NCBI GenBank assembly: GCA_951406725.2
Contig: OX597827.1
Coordinates: 41,106,001-41,170,000 of the forward strand
Origin: Octopus vulgaris
Taxonomy: Eukaryota
DNA length: 64,000 nt
Direction of reading: 5' to 3'
Part shown: positions 49,952 through 64,000 of the stretch, in pieces
How positions within the stretch are numbered: position 1 is the first letter of the stretch
Layout: each line of letters begins with the position of its first letter
Notes under the pieces: generated by a model
Database searches by the model: none
What the model was told of the DNA's origin: nothing
The model's input: only the letters and a program-made list of their open reading frames with translations
Translations under genes and position numbers: made by a program

Positions 49952-50581
49952 TGCATGCAAGTAGGTAATTAGCTATGTTATTTTAACTGAGGTAATTTCA
50001 ATGCTGCCAAGAAACCGATAAATATATAACACACACAAACTAATGGACAACCGACGTAATTTCTATAGTCTTTTCTTTTCGCAGATAAGTGAAAATATAT
50101 TTAAAAAAGTTTTTTCTTTCTCTCTTTTAATTTACTAATTAGTGATTAGAGACTGCACGTAAAAATGCTTGTTCATTCAACTGTATACATTCTTTCGTTG
50201 GCATCGTTTAGGTTCCCACAGTTGGGGAATAACACAGATGTATGTAACTCCAGATGTGTTTGTTATTTCTCCTCGGATTTACTCTGATCAAGCAGATCAA
50301 CAATTAAGGACCATTTCACCCGTAACTGCTCCGTCTTCTAAGGACTGAGTTTAAGACTACAATCTGCGAATTGTTAGATCATCGGATTGAGCTCATTGCT
50401 ATAATATTCATTCTGGCAGTCTGGTCTTATGTTCAAATTTCACCGAGGTCAACTTTGCCTTTCATCGTTTTTATTTAAAAAATTTTTTTTACGGGGTCGA
50501 TAAAAATAGTGGCCATTTCAGTTCCGTGGTCGAATCTGCTTTCCATCCCACCTCTATCTTTCCAAAATCGGTTGTGTTCAG

Positions 50582-50677
50582 ACATGGAGCGGGATAGGCC
50601 CCAACCGAGTTGAGGATATTCAAGACACGCCGTGTACCCCTGAAGACCGAAAGAGTGAAAGAGCACGTAGTTGTCGC
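50582..50677 (+). CDS. Candidate 96-nt internal exon (TWSGIGPNRVEDIQDTPCTPEDRKSERARSCR), product unknown
   Basis: ttcag| acceptor and |GTAAGT donor; phase 0 is the only open frame; more GC-rich than flanks; no recognised homology. Confidence 0.35.
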
Positions 50678-51339
50678 GTAAGTTGTTTCATCTCTAAACC
50701 TACAGATACTTAAATCTGAAGTTTTTTTGTACAGACAACTCAATAAATGCGAACTACTTTATAAAAAATGGCATACATATATGATTTACAGGTTGTTGTT
50801 TAGCTGTAGGTCGTTCCAGCCGTGACTAGATTGCCCAAAGTTTTCTTAAGAAAGTTAAGGCGTGTAATTTGAATGAGATTTGGATGACATTTCCACGAGC
50901 TGCCACGTCGAGACTTTTCATTTGATTTCGTGGTATTTTAATGGATCAAACCGTTCTGTGTATTTTTGCTCAGGGAATTTTCATTTTCATGAATATTTAC
51001 AACTGAACTTTCTCAGCAGATTTCTTATTAACACCGAGAGTACACCGGATGTTATTATATGTTTTGTTAAGTTACATTTGACGTCGCAAGCAGGATACAT
51101 TATATGTTAGGTATTATAATCCTTACATTTCAGTGATCTACAGGAAATGAATTTAAAATGGAGGTTATAAGTAGATAGTAGAGATATGACATGGGTGCAG
51201 CCGGGCTGGTTTTTAAAATGTTGCCCGAAATCTCGAAGGTATTTTTATTTTCGTTGTGAGACGGAAATACGTACACCACACGCACACATACATTGAATGT
51301 CTCTGCGTTCTAGCGTGTTGTCAGTTTATGTATACATAA

Positions 51340-51660
51340 GCGCAGGCGTGGCTGTTGGTACGAAGTTCGCTTTGCCAGCTACATGGTTCCAGGTGAGTCC
51401 CACCGCGTGGAACCTTGGACAAGTATCTTTTACTATAGCCCCTGATCGATCTAAGCTTCGTGTGTGGATTTGGTAGACGGAAATTGTCAGGGTCCTGTCG
51501 TGTTATGTATGTATGTTTGTTTACGCCCTTGTAACTTAGCAGCTTGGATAAAGAGTCCGATAAAATATGTACTGGGGTCGGATTGTTTGATTAAACACTT
51601 CAAGGCGGTACCCCAACATGGTCGTAGTCCAGTGACTGAAGCAAGTAAAAGAAAGATAAG
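51340..51660 (+). mobile_element. Diverged SINE family A
   Basis: gcgcaggcgtggctg...ggatttggtagacggaaa...ccaacatggtcg...tgactgaagcaagtaaaag. Confidence 0.75.
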
Positions 51661-51975
51661 AAGAAAATACGCCTTCTTTGACTACGTTTCGTGTGGTTTA
51701 TTGTGTTCTAAGTGTATAATGTTATATCATGTTAGATGCTAGAACTTTTTTTTTAAGAGAGTAGGTAGAGATCACTTGGATGAATTTCTGTGTATTATCA
51801 GTGCTTATTTCTTCTGGCACTTTTGAGTTCAAATCCCACCGAATGACATTTTGCTTTTCATCCATCCGAGTTTGATAAAGTAAAGCATCAGTCAAGTACT
51901 GGGATCGAATCAATCAACTAACCACTTCCTCCATATTGCAGGCCTTGTGTAGTTGTTAAGAGAATAAAAAGTGTG

Positions 51976-52030
<55 letters not shown>

Positions 52031-53641
52031 GAGAGAGGGACCAAAGTTATGTGGAGGATGCACGGCGGTAGAAGCAAAGGCTAAAGTTGACCAGAGGAAC
52101 ACGATGAGACTATGTATATTTTTGTTTGGCTTTGCCATTAAATACTGTTGTTTAAGTCAGCTGTTTCAAATATCTTTGGTCACCCGTTTCTGCACCTGTC
52201 ACTTAAGGCACGCAAACTACTTCGCCGATCCCTATTATAGACACGAGGTCGGCCTGCCATTCTGAGAGAGAGAAAGAGAGACCACTCACATTGAACTTCA
52301 AATGTGATTAGAAGGCTGCTATATATCTCCCTATATAGTTTCGTATCCAGGATTTCGAAGATGAGCTGGGGTCAAAACGATCATAGTACAAACTGTATAA
52401 TATGTACCTGGGGACGAAACGACCATAGTGCAAACTTAATTAAAAATATGAATTTATACACTTGATTTTGTAGTGTGTACTTCATGTGGAAACTATCAAC
52501 TTTCACTAAGTCAAATGTGTGTGTGAAAGCTGGATCTTCTTGAATCTTTACACCGAGTTTTATGTGGGTTATAAAATTTTTTTAGGTGGGAGAGATAACC
52601 AAAAGTACCGATATTTTCCATAAAACATGGAGAAGTAACCCAATTTTTTAATGGGTGTGAGATAACCAAAATGTACCTAGATTTGATAAGTTGTGAAAAG
52701 ACCGTTAGAAAATCGTCACATAACCAGCTATTCGCTTGTAAGAACATACGATATACCTTTGCAAAACAGTAGAATAAGGTGGCTATTTTTAATGGCTCCA
52801 GAATAGCAAACCTATCTTGTTAACGATATATGTCTTTTTAAAGTATTAGTCGATGAAGGTACTCTTTCTAAATACCTGAATAAAAAAAGCTTTTTAAGGT
52901 TTATTGAAAAGCCTTCTAAAATATTTTTTCGCAACATAGGTATACCCTTTGAGACTTCACCTCATTATCCAAATATATTTAGAGGTTGAAGGATGATAAT
53001 ATTAGCAATTATAAAATCGATCGGCCTTTTATAGTATGGCATGCGCTGCTACATTAATAGCCCAGAAAAAGTTTCCGTGAAGTATATCTAATTACTGCCC
53101 TTTTCAATTTTGCACAAAAGATCGGAATTTGTGGACCGTTGCAGACACTTTCATATTCTGGAGTTTCTGAATGTAATCCAGTTAAAACAGTTTATTTCCA
53201 CACAATGGATTAACTGTTTTCTGAAAGATGGTCACAAAAAGAGGAAAAAAAAAAAAGAAGGTTATTCCACAATTCTAGAGCTTCTTATCGAATAACCACC
53301 TGTCTTCACGCACAGCGCATTGATGACCTGAGAATATCACGTTTTTGCAGATGAATAAATAAATAGATCATATGTTTTAACAGTCGACAATTTAAGATGA
53401 ATGACCCACTTTCAACTTCCTTTGTTTTTCTTTTTATTTTTGGCAAGCAATCATATCTTGATGACTAATCATATAGCCAGGTGTTTGCGAATACTTTTGC
53501 TCCTGTGTTGGATCTGATTTACGTTTTTAGTCATTTGAATATTCGCTAGCATGAAACTAAGAAAAAAAGGAGAGTCTGTTTATATATGAAATCTGTATTC
53601 AATACGTTTTCCCTTGGTAAGACACGTTTACCCATCCGTTG

Positions 53642-53672
<31 letters not shown>

Positions 53673-56353
53673 GTACGCAGTATACTCTTCCCTTAAGGAA
53701 AGATTAAAAAAATACTCCATTCACCTAGAGATAAATATTTAATGCACGCTGTTAAAGTAAGAGCTGCAAATAGTTTCTTGTTATGGCACGTGGTTAGGCA
53801 GGTTTTTATAACGTAGCAAGTAGTCTTCGGGCTCTGTGTCTTAATGACTAGAAACCATTAGTAACTCTTACATTAACACAGTGTGCATTAAATGATTATA
53901 TAAAACACACGCATACACTCCCATATACACACACCTTAGAACAAACCATCTGGTGCTTGCATAGGGAAAATTACGTAACTCACCATAGAGCATATGAATT
54001 AATTCTATTATAAATCCATTCTCGCCTTTTGTGTAACAGTTTAGGCGTTAATGTTAATTATGTGTTTATTCCGTCTGTAAGTGGGTTTGGTGTTCAACTA
54101 ATAAGTTTTGGTTTTGTTTCTCTTACACACGTCTTACATTATTATTATTATTATACTTTAATTATTATTACTAATATAATACTTCGGCTGTTCACATGCT
54201 GAGGAACTGCTATTGATAGATGTATAAACCTATTAAAAAAAAACAGATGGGAATGATTATTTCTAATGTTTTCAATTAAGTAATCGCAGTAGAGATAACT
54301 ATGACGATTAGGAATGAAAATGTTTGGGATTTGCTAACATCATTCTTTGGTCTCACTCCCGAAGGCTGTTGGTTATTGTAACAGTCCACCCGTTAAGTCT
54401 TCGTCGGCTGACTTACTTCGTAGAAAAAGAAAACGCGTGGAGTGGCTTCAAGAAATAAGAGTAATTAGCAGTTTAATTATAAATAAATATGACCGCATAT
54501 TCAATATAAAGTTTGGTAGTTATTTTTTACTGTCGTGGATAAGGCCATGTTGGAGCATCGCATGGGCCCAAAGAACTGACATTTCTCGGTGGTATTAATG
54601 TTATTCAGCGGCGCTAGAGTGAGCAATAATTTTGAAAAGTGCTCAAGTAATACAGTAGGTGAAAGGTGTGCCCCGTAGTGTAAGCTGTATGTAAAATAAT
54701 ATTAAAAATAGCTTTCTGATTTTAGGCACACTGATCTCAGAACTTGGATTTGATTTTATCAAACCCCAAAATGATGAAGGGCAAAGTTGATCGCGATGGG
54801 ATTTGAACGCCGAATGTAAAGAGCAGGAATAGATGCCGCAAAACATTTTCCCTCCGTCCCCCACGCTTTAATAATTCTGGCACACGCACGCTTTCTTTGT
54901 AGGCTCTCATGAATTGAGTCACTAAGAGGCTCTTAAGCCCTGAATAACTAACACATTTTTTAGCAACTCATTGAACTAGTTTTGTCTTTTCTTCATCTCA
55001 TAATTATTCGCGTAATTGGATTTTTCACGTTTTCTGTATAAACTGCGTTAGAATTAACTATTATTTTTCATACGAATATCGCCTCGGAATAATTAACCTG
55101 AGTGTCCTTTCCTCACTCTATAATTATTTATAATACTTAATTCGATTGTCGATGCTCTCACTAACTACATTGAATATGTTATCAATAATATTTGACAAAG
55201 CTTTAGATTTAATGATATTGCTTTTGTTTTTCATCTATACCTGAAAAGGGAGCGAGGAAAGTGCACAGGCGATTAAATCAGATCTTTTCGATAATTATTG
55301 CGACCCTGGCAAAGTTTCAACTCAAATGGCGAGGCAATCCCACCCCTGATATCTTAAATCTCACGAACCAGAAACCCAGACGGCTCTAGAAATAAATATG
55401 TTGTGCATAGTTTCGAGACAATGAAACAGGTTTACAATTATTATTAAATGGGAATAGTGATCGCCATAGTATTGGATTACCAGTTCACTTGGTCATTAAA
55501 TTAAATCCACAGAGGGCATTTTGTTGTACTGAACTCTATGACCTTCATTAATATCGTCATTGTTCTTGAACCCCTAGGACAAAATCTTGATAGAAGCTTT
55601 GTAATTTGGTCTACCCTATGTGAAATTTCCTTTTTGTTTTTGTTTACCGAGAGTTGACTACAATTTCTAGCAGTCGGGAGGCCCTGTAGATTCCCCTCGT
55701 TGTTATTTAGTTTCTAGGTTAGTGCTGGTTAGACAGAAAACCAATAATCAAAGATGCGTGGCAGTCAGCTTATTCATTTTTCAGGCACAGTGTATCTAAT
55801 ACGTTATTCAATGTTTACCCCGCTTTTTAAAAGCTGGTAGGATGTGTAAATTCAAGAAGATTTGGTTGCTATTTTTAACAGATCGAGTTACCACGTAGAG
55901 ATAGACTTTTCGTTGTTGTTGTTGTAGGGTATGGAGATAAATTTACAAGTACCAGGCATGTGATGTCGCTTTTTCTTAACTGAAACCTGAAATTTGTGGC
56001 CTTGTGCCAACGCAAGACATTATTAACACCATCGTCAGCAGCAGCAACAGTAACACGTCATTCAGAAATTATTGTATTTCAATAATTTAGCTTAGAGATG
56101 AGCTGATCGCCGTTTTCGTATTTTAATCTTATTATATTGTATTTTGTTGTTAGTTGCCAATGTCTTTATACGAAGCTTACATACTACACTATCGTACTAC
56201 ACTTTATTTACTATTTGTGTGGTATGCTATTACTGTTATACCGCAGTCCGCTCATACAATCCGCACTACATGGTGTTATTGCTTCGGTAATACGTATTCT
56301 AAAATTACATGCCATTAAACACCTCAATAGCTCAAGGCTGTCACAATTCAATA

Positions 56354-56396
<43 letters not shown>

Positions 56397-56871
56397 AAGT
56401 TTCTAAGCAGCAAACACCAACAGATCTACTAATTATCCTAATTCTACATTGTGCCATATGGGAGGAGCGAACTCTCTTACAAATGGAAAAGTACAGACCA
56501 AGTATTAGAAATGCTGGAATAACGTAATAGCGTTGTGGTTACTATAGCATTGACTAAACTAAGCAGCATCTGAGACGTGGAAAATAACGAAAGCAGTCAA
56601 AGTACTGCACTACAATGCGACACACACGCACACACGTAACTTTCTACGGATCTATAGTCATTACTACAAACAAGTCCACTAGCGTTATCGTACAAAAACT
56701 GCCGTATGGTATTTAGTTGCGTCCCCTTCACGTTTTGAGTTCGAATCCCAGCCGAGTTTCACTTCTCCTTTTGAGCGTCGATTAAAAAAAAAAAAATACC
56801 AGTCAAACACTATCATCTTCCCCCCCCTTCCTCGCAAAATATGTGACCTTGTAACTAATAGAAATCGTTGT

Positions 56872-57089
56872 CTTTTTATCTTTTACTTGTTTCAGTCATT
56901 TGACTGCGGCCATGCTGGAGCACCGCCTTTAGTCGAGCAAATCGACCCGGGACTTATTCTTTGTAAGCCCAGTACTTATTCTATCGGTCTCTTTTGCCGA
57001 ACCGCTAAGTGACGGGGACGTAAACACACCAGCATCGGTTGTCAAGCAATGCTAGGGGGACAAACACAGACACACAAACACATACACAT

Positions 57090-57156
<67 letters not shown>

Positions 57157-57210
57157 GACAGGCTTCTTTCAGTTTCCGTCTACCAAATTCACTCACAGGG
57201 CATTGGTCGA
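56872..57210 (-). mobile_element. SINE family A lacking its head, abutting a SINE B fragment (about 57237-57373)
   Basis: Reverse complement of the family A body and tail. Confidence 0.88.
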
Positions 57211-57399
57211 ACTAATATTAATAATAAAAAAAATCTAATTCCGCCGAGGTCGACTTTGCCTTTCATCCTTTCGGGGTCGATAAATTAAGTACCAGTTACG
57301 CACTGGGATCGATGTAATCGATTTAATCCCTTTGTCTGTCCTTGTTTGTCCCCTCTTGTGGGTAATAAAGAAATCTATAACTAATATTAATAAAAATAG

Positions 57400-57433
<34 letters not shown>

Positions 57434-58009
57434 TTTTTTAGTGTAAATACCCTAAGCTCCGGTCTCAACGGGACGTGACTAAATATTATTTTCAGGAGCC
57501 ACAAGCGTTTCTGTTACATGAAATGACTTTTTTTTTCTTATCTTTGTTCGTAGCTGAACCAATGATTTCTTAGTTTTGAGATCACCAAATGACATCGCAT
57601 ATTCATGCGTTGCTTGGCGTTAGTTACTATCAGTACTTGGAATATGTGGTCGAATGCTGGATTAAAAATTATATTCCTTGTATTAATTAACTGGTTGTGT
57701 GTCTCCTTTACGCCCTTAGTTGAAATTCCGCTGGGGATAGCGTTTTTCGTTTTTTTATCTTTTGAGTGTTGAACAGTTTATATAATGTTCATATAACAAT
57801 ACCTGTCATGTCATATACCGAGGTGACGGTAGTTGTTTTCGTTTAGGCCCGAGTCAGCCCAGTTCTATGTTGGGGCATGCCAGTCACGACCAACCCGAGC
57901 ATTTGTATATTTGAGACTTCATTGTCGAGTATGTGGAAATTTGGTTGCTATTTCAAGCAAGTTTAGCGACCATATAGAGGCTCTCGTTGACCTGAGACAA
58001 TAATTGTAA

Positions 58010-58072
<63 letters not shown>

Positions 58073-58514
58073 GTGACTGACAGCTGGCTACATAGATGGA
58101 TTACTGGCTGATACACAAGTCGAACTCTCAACAAATTGTTCCGATTTTCTTTCAGTGGCGAAATGCTGCTGTCTCTTTAACTATTAATACAACCACCTAC
58201 TCCAAATAGCGGTGGTATATTCACAGTTGCCATGATGATGTACTAACCACAGATCGGTGTTGTAAAGCAACGATGAGTACTGAATAAACTAACTGTAGAG
58301 TGTTCCGTTTGGGGACTTTTTTTTCTTCCCTAATTTACGTTTCAGTATTTCTCTTAAAAGATGAGTCATTTTGATTATTAAATCAGAATGCATTGATCAA
58401 ATCAACTGATGCTACTGTTGCAGCTGTTGCGACATTATCATTTAATATCATTGCTTTTACAAGTGACGTTTTGTATATATTTGCAACGTCATTGACAAGT
58501 GGTTTGCTTGTTCC

Positions 58515-58943
58515 TTACTCTTTTACTCTTTTACTTGTTTCAGTCATTTGACTGCGGCCATGCTGGAGCACCGCCTTTAGTCGATCAAAGCGACCCCGGG
58601 ACTTATTCTTTGTAAGCCCAGTACTTATTCTATCGGTCTCTTTTGCCGAACCGCTAAGTAACGGGGACGTAAACACACCAGCATCGGTTGTCAAGCAATG
58701 CTAGGGGGACAAACACAGACACACAAACCCACACACACACACAACCCCCCCATATATATATATATATACATACATATATACGACAGGCTTCTTTCAGTTT
58801 CTGTCTACCAAATCCACTCACAAGGCATTGGTCGGCCCGGGGCTATAGCAGAAGACACTTGCCCAAGATGACACGCAGTGGGACTGAACCCAGAACCATG
58901 TGGTTGGTTAGCAAGCTACTTACCACACAGCCACTCCTGCGCC
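58515..58943 (-). mobile_element. SINE family A, full length
   Basis: Ends accacacagccactcctgcgcc, the reverse complement of the head. Confidence 0.92.
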
Positions 58944-59555
58944 TTCTTTCTTTCTTTTTTTTTTTTGGTACTTTTTCAAAGTCAAATGACAACTGGCGTT
59001 TGTTTTTAAGCAAACGGCGTTTGTTTGTTAATGTTGGAGCAGTAGCGGAACGAATGAAATGGCGGACGAAATGCCCCTCCCCCCTCCAACCATCCCATTC
59101 TCACTCCTTTTTTTAACATTCTGAGTTCTAGTTCCGTTGAGGTTTCAGTTTTCCCCTCTTTTCATTCTTCTGGAGTTGCTGAAAGAAAGAACTAGGGGCG
59201 ATTTGACTGACTGTTTCCACTGCACAGAATCTGAAGCTTTGTGCCGATGTTGGAAACCAATATTGTCGACAAACGTTCCCTGTTTTATATAGCGACCCCA
59301 CAACGAAACGGTGCTGGTCTTCTTGCAATGGTGACCACAAGAAACGCTCCTTTGTTTCGAGTTTTTTTCCCTTTTTTTGGCAACGTCATCGACAGGCGAT
59401 GTTTTCTTTTATTAACGCCAACAAGTAGCGTTGTTTTTTGCAACGTCACAGTTACGAGGAGTTATTCACAAGTGGAATCACTTCAAAAATTGGAACTATA
59501 GCTACTAGTTACTATAACAACGGTTGTATTTAATGTTTGCTTATATAACAACTAG

Positions 59556-59612
<57 letters not shown>

Positions 59613-62194
59613 TACATGCGCACATTTTTAAGGCTATGGCAAATTCTGATGTCAACAGCTGTTGATATCGGAATTACTTTATTGATATCAGAGTTACTTT
59701 GCTAATATCCTGTTTAGTATCTGTGTTACTAAAACAATGGATACTACTTTCGGGCCTATTTGCATCTTTGTAACTATGACCACCATTCTGATCAGTGACT
59801 GTTGACATCCGTGGCATAGACAATAACGATGGCTAATCTTGGTTACCATCGATCACTGTTATTGTGGCAACAGTTAATACCACTTCAGATTATAGATTCG
59901 TATGTTAGTCTAACAGTTATTTCAGTCCCACTTGCTCCTTTCTTAGTTAATTACTGGTGCTTTGAAGTTACCAGTTAGTCATTGTTATTGACCCAAGGTT
60001 TTTGTGTATTGCGCCTTAAGAATAAATGACTTTTTTTGTCTTGTTATGATAACGACTCTTGATAATAAAAACAACTGTCGATTTGATAACATGTTTTGGT
60101 AGTATTGCAGTTGCTGCGAAAAGTTGTTATTTCAAGAATTAATTAGCGGGAAATTAGGTTAACGGAAACTGCACAGAAGCCCGTTAAGTGGACTGTATCT
60201 CTGATATTCGGAGGTTCTTTTATTATAATGTTGATTCTGTCTAAAAGATTGCGCTAATTGTACAACGACTGAGGGAATATTCAATTACTTATACTCTGAT
60301 TTCAAGTGGGCAATTTCCTTGTTCGAATACTCACAGCGAAATCGCTGCCAGAGCCCGTCCCTTTTACCGTTTCTCATTGAAACAACTTAGTAAAATGATT
60401 AATTTTCTTGCCTATTAAGTGTATAAATGAGTCTGAAGTTAACATTTTTACTCTGCAGTCTGTTAATGCAGTGTGTCTTTAAGCTAGGCTATAGTGGGGG
60501 ATGAAGGCCCATCAGTGAGTTCGCGATGACTCATGACGAGCCTGTGTAGCTGAAGTGTTTACACAATGTAAGATAAAAAAATGAGAGGGGAAAATACACT
60601 GGGCTACTTCTCATTGCTTTCTCCTGGCTTACTGAAAAACTTAAGTTCAGTATTGGCGAGAGTAAAATGTAGCTCTGACACTGCGTAGTACTACCGAGAT
60701 TGGACCACCGATCTTTTGATTATAAGTTGTTGGGGCCTGACCCAATAGAAGTTCAATGCTTCCTTTCTAGTTCAAGTGGCAGATTGGCTTCAACAAAAAC
60801 TTGACTTGAGATTTGAAAACTCCGGGGAAAACTAGAACTTGAGATCTGGTAAAGTAATTTGCATTCCATTCGGACTGTGATTCCACATCAAAAGGCTGTT
60901 CCATTGGAACCTCGGCTGATGGACACCACTCCACCGACCGTACTAGTTGCATCTTTCTCCTGCCAACGAGGAATCATCTACTTGGCTGCTCGATCTACTA
61001 GACATAACAGCCAAATCATTTGAGTCATCATGCCCGAAAAAAGAAAATCTCCCAAAACTGGATGCTAGGATGCCATTTATTAAAGGCTTGCTCAGTGAGA
61101 GAGTTGACCGGCTTAACCTTTTCTCCAATGAGTTGGTTATGCTCACTGAAAGCAAACGTAGCATTAGGCTGTTCGAGGTAATGGACTATTTATGCTTCTA
61201 TACTTTGAACTCAAGTCGGCTTACCCCAAACGTTCGGCATCATCTGGGAATATCTATCATAATCTAGAGGTCGGCATACTTATCTCATAAGCTTTATGCA
61301 ATGAATCCAACATTAAGATTTGCTCCTCAAAAACTCCCCTGGACTTACTAGGTGTTTACAATAGCACTACTGAAACCAAATGCTTGCATATTGTTCTTTC
61401 CTTAAAACCAGATAAGCAAATCTTTGTGATCAAAGACTTTCCAGTCGGGAATGGGGTTGGCCAAGCTTTGTGAGTGAAATTGGGTTGGCGGAATCGATGA
61501 AAGTCCGTCAGAGGAACCATTCCGCTTTTCCTTGAGTATTAAGCTTCATCTGTCTCTCGATTTAATATCGCCACGTAGCTTTTAGTGGGGTTCACTTGGT
61601 GTTGCAAGCATTCGGTCTGGATATTTTACCTGAGGATAATTACCTTCAACCAGTCTCAGAAGCCCTCAGAAAAGGCATTCCTTGGTGTTATTATTTCTCC
61701 TATGAAAGAAAAATATAAATAAAAACAGAGAAAACAACAGCCATCAGGAAAAAAAAAAACAACAACTTTTCCATGACCAATACCGCCAACAAAATAGTAT
61801 TTGTAATAATAACTAGTGTTGAAATAAATAGTATTATATCAATAACATCAGATCACCATACAGAATGGACACATTGTGTAATACAGTCCTTGATACACCG
61901 TGACTGACTGAATGCTTAGATGAGTCATTTGGTGGATCTGAGATTGCATCAGTATAAGAATAGCAAGTACAATACCAGATAGTATTACTAATACAACGGC
62001 TAAGATGACAATCCAATGCTTTACAATAAAAGCCTCTATAACGACTAAAAATACAGATCGAGCTAAGCAACGAGTCGCTATGTAGTTGTTGTTGTTGTTT
62101 TATCACCTATGATCAAAGATGTTCCACCTACGACTATCCTTCCTTTTTCGTTTATCATGATTCAGCGTCCCCGCCTATCTTGTTTTTGAAGACG

Positions 62195-62475
62195 GTCGAT
62201 GAAACCTGTGGGCGATGTAAAAAAAGAAAGTACAGTGAAGTTCTGGGGTCGATATAATCGATTCTCAGCCCCACACAAAAGTTTACGGCTTTGTGCCAAG
62301 TTGCTTAGCGGCATTTCTTTTGGTTCTTTACATTCTAAATTTAAATTCCGCCGGATCCTGCTTTGCTTTTCATCCTTTCGGGGTCAGTAATAAAAGTACC
62401 TGTCGTGCCCCAGATCTGATGTAATCGACCTCTCCTCCCCTCAAAATCGTTGGTCTGGTGCCAACTTTAGAAATA
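62195..62475 (+). mobile_element. Diverged SINE family B copies
   Basis: ttcatcctttcggggtc and gatgtaatcgac motifs. Confidence 0.7.
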
Positions 62476-64000
62476 TATTATTATTATTATTATTACCGTA
62501 CCGCCGTTGACTGGGTCTCTAAATTCACATGCGCCGTGTTCCTGGTAAATAACACACATTCATGCCCACAATAGCATTTCCTTGACTTTAGAACTTACGG
62601 AGGAAAAACTGGCATTTTATATTTTTAATGGAAAAGCTAGCAAGTGAAGTGGACCGACCTTGTACTATATACAATAGTGCAGCCAACCTTCAAATACACT
62701 TCGCCTACACTACTGTAGATATCGTGTAAGCAACCATCGATTGTTTCACTTTGTTATTATGTACAACAACTAAGACCAGTATTTTATAGAACATCACGGC
62801 TGACCACTTCTGTATCGTCATCACGACAACAAAGCAATATATAAAAATAATTTAGTATTTTCGTCTCCTTGCAGTAAATTCACACTGAGTATTTAGTAAC
62901 CCACCTCTCTTTAACACACGCATGATATTGTCCATTACAGATAATACATCGTGCCTCGAAGTTTTGTGTTAAAATCCTGATAATAATCACTAAACGATAA
63001 ATTTTTAGAAAGTTCTAACTTTTAACCCATAATGCGATGCGGGAACCTCTGTATAGTAACAAATCGTGTGTCCTCGATATTTTCAGGAGACGTTTAATCG
63101 TTTGGCATAAGCTGAGCAGGAAACGCCGAGTTACGATGTATTATCAATAATGGTCTATTTTATTCCACATGTATTACGTTTTCTAATTTTGCTCTTGTAA
63201 ACACCTATGACTTTGTATGTGTGTCTAGTTATGTTTATGGTGCAAAAAGTACTCTACAGCCGTTTAGAGCCTTCAACTTAATTAGAGCAAACTTAATTAT
63301 AGATTATATTGCTGTTTATCGCACGCACATATGTGTGTGTATTTATGTTCCTTTTCTGTTAGAATTTCAGTTTTCATTCTTTGTCTATCCCTTCCTCTTT
63401 ACAAATAATTATATACACAGGCACATATTAAATTATTTACTTACAAATACAGACTCTCTTTCACTTAGGGTGTGCTTACTTCTACTTCTTTCCTACGCTA
63501 TTTCTATTTAATTCAATACATCCAGCACTGTTTATACTGTCGGTTTTAAACATATGGTACTTTGTTTTATAAAATTCTTGTTGAAGTTTACCATATAAAT
63601 TATGTTCAACACATTTAGTTTCAGTACATATACGCACACATATTGAAAACAATACCGTTTTCTATTTTTCAACTTTTTTTTATTTGAGTACTTTCCATTT
63701 TGTTTTATTTTTGTTCTTTGGATTACGGTAAATTTCCGAGTTCCGTCTATGTTTCAGGCTCTTGGTTTTATCTTCTGGATATTATTTTAGTGTGCTGTTT
63801 TGGTTAGAATCATGGAACAAGTTGTTGTAGTTCGTTTATTTATAGTTAAACTCTTTGCTTTTTTTTATCTTTTTTCTTTTACTGATGCCGGCTGGTTTCT
63901 TTCAACACCCAAGGAAAAGTTTTGATGGTCGTAATGGTGTAAAGTTCGTTTCTAGAATGCCCTATGTTTATATTTCCGTTGTATTTTGACATTGATATAG

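Noticed and set aside
52205-52214. miR-124-like TAAGGCACGC
   Set aside because: Only 10 nt match; 3' half differs and there is no hairpin.
60459-60514. Apparent exon (ctgcag|...|GTGAGT)
   Set aside because: Stop codons in all three frames; no other support.
60767-61267. ORFs of 61-106 aa
   Set aside because: Partly overlap a degenerate family D repeat; no recognisable homology.

Overview
AT-rich eukaryotic, intron/intergenic-type DNA dominated by SINEs, MITEs, Helitrons and microsatellites. The repeat repertoire looks like an Octopus (coleoid cephalopod) genome; this is inferred from recognising the tRNA-derived SINE families, not from a database search. No intact protein-coding gene is demonstrable, and nearly all supplied ORFs are read-throughs of SINEs or simple repeats. 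The only recognisable protein homology is a broken DD37D (maT-type Tc1/mariner) transposase at about 13.4-13.8 kb. Also seen: a hAT MITE with an 8-bp target-site duplication (TSD), two young non-autonomous Helitrons, a probable solo LTR and degenerate hammerhead-like motifs. A few short candidate exons lie on the + strand, including a 9/12-nt microexon, in or near a SINE-poor domain at 32.5-49 kb. Most notable: a 184-bp SINE unit present as a trimer inside one 16-bp TSD; all four combinations of two SINE middle modules and two tails; a perfect 50-bp hairpin fused by microhomology to an inverted duplication; a MITE flanked by a 75-bp duplication; and small hairpin MITEs with telomere-like loops. 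Coordinates were read by eye, so ends of diverged repeats are approximate.
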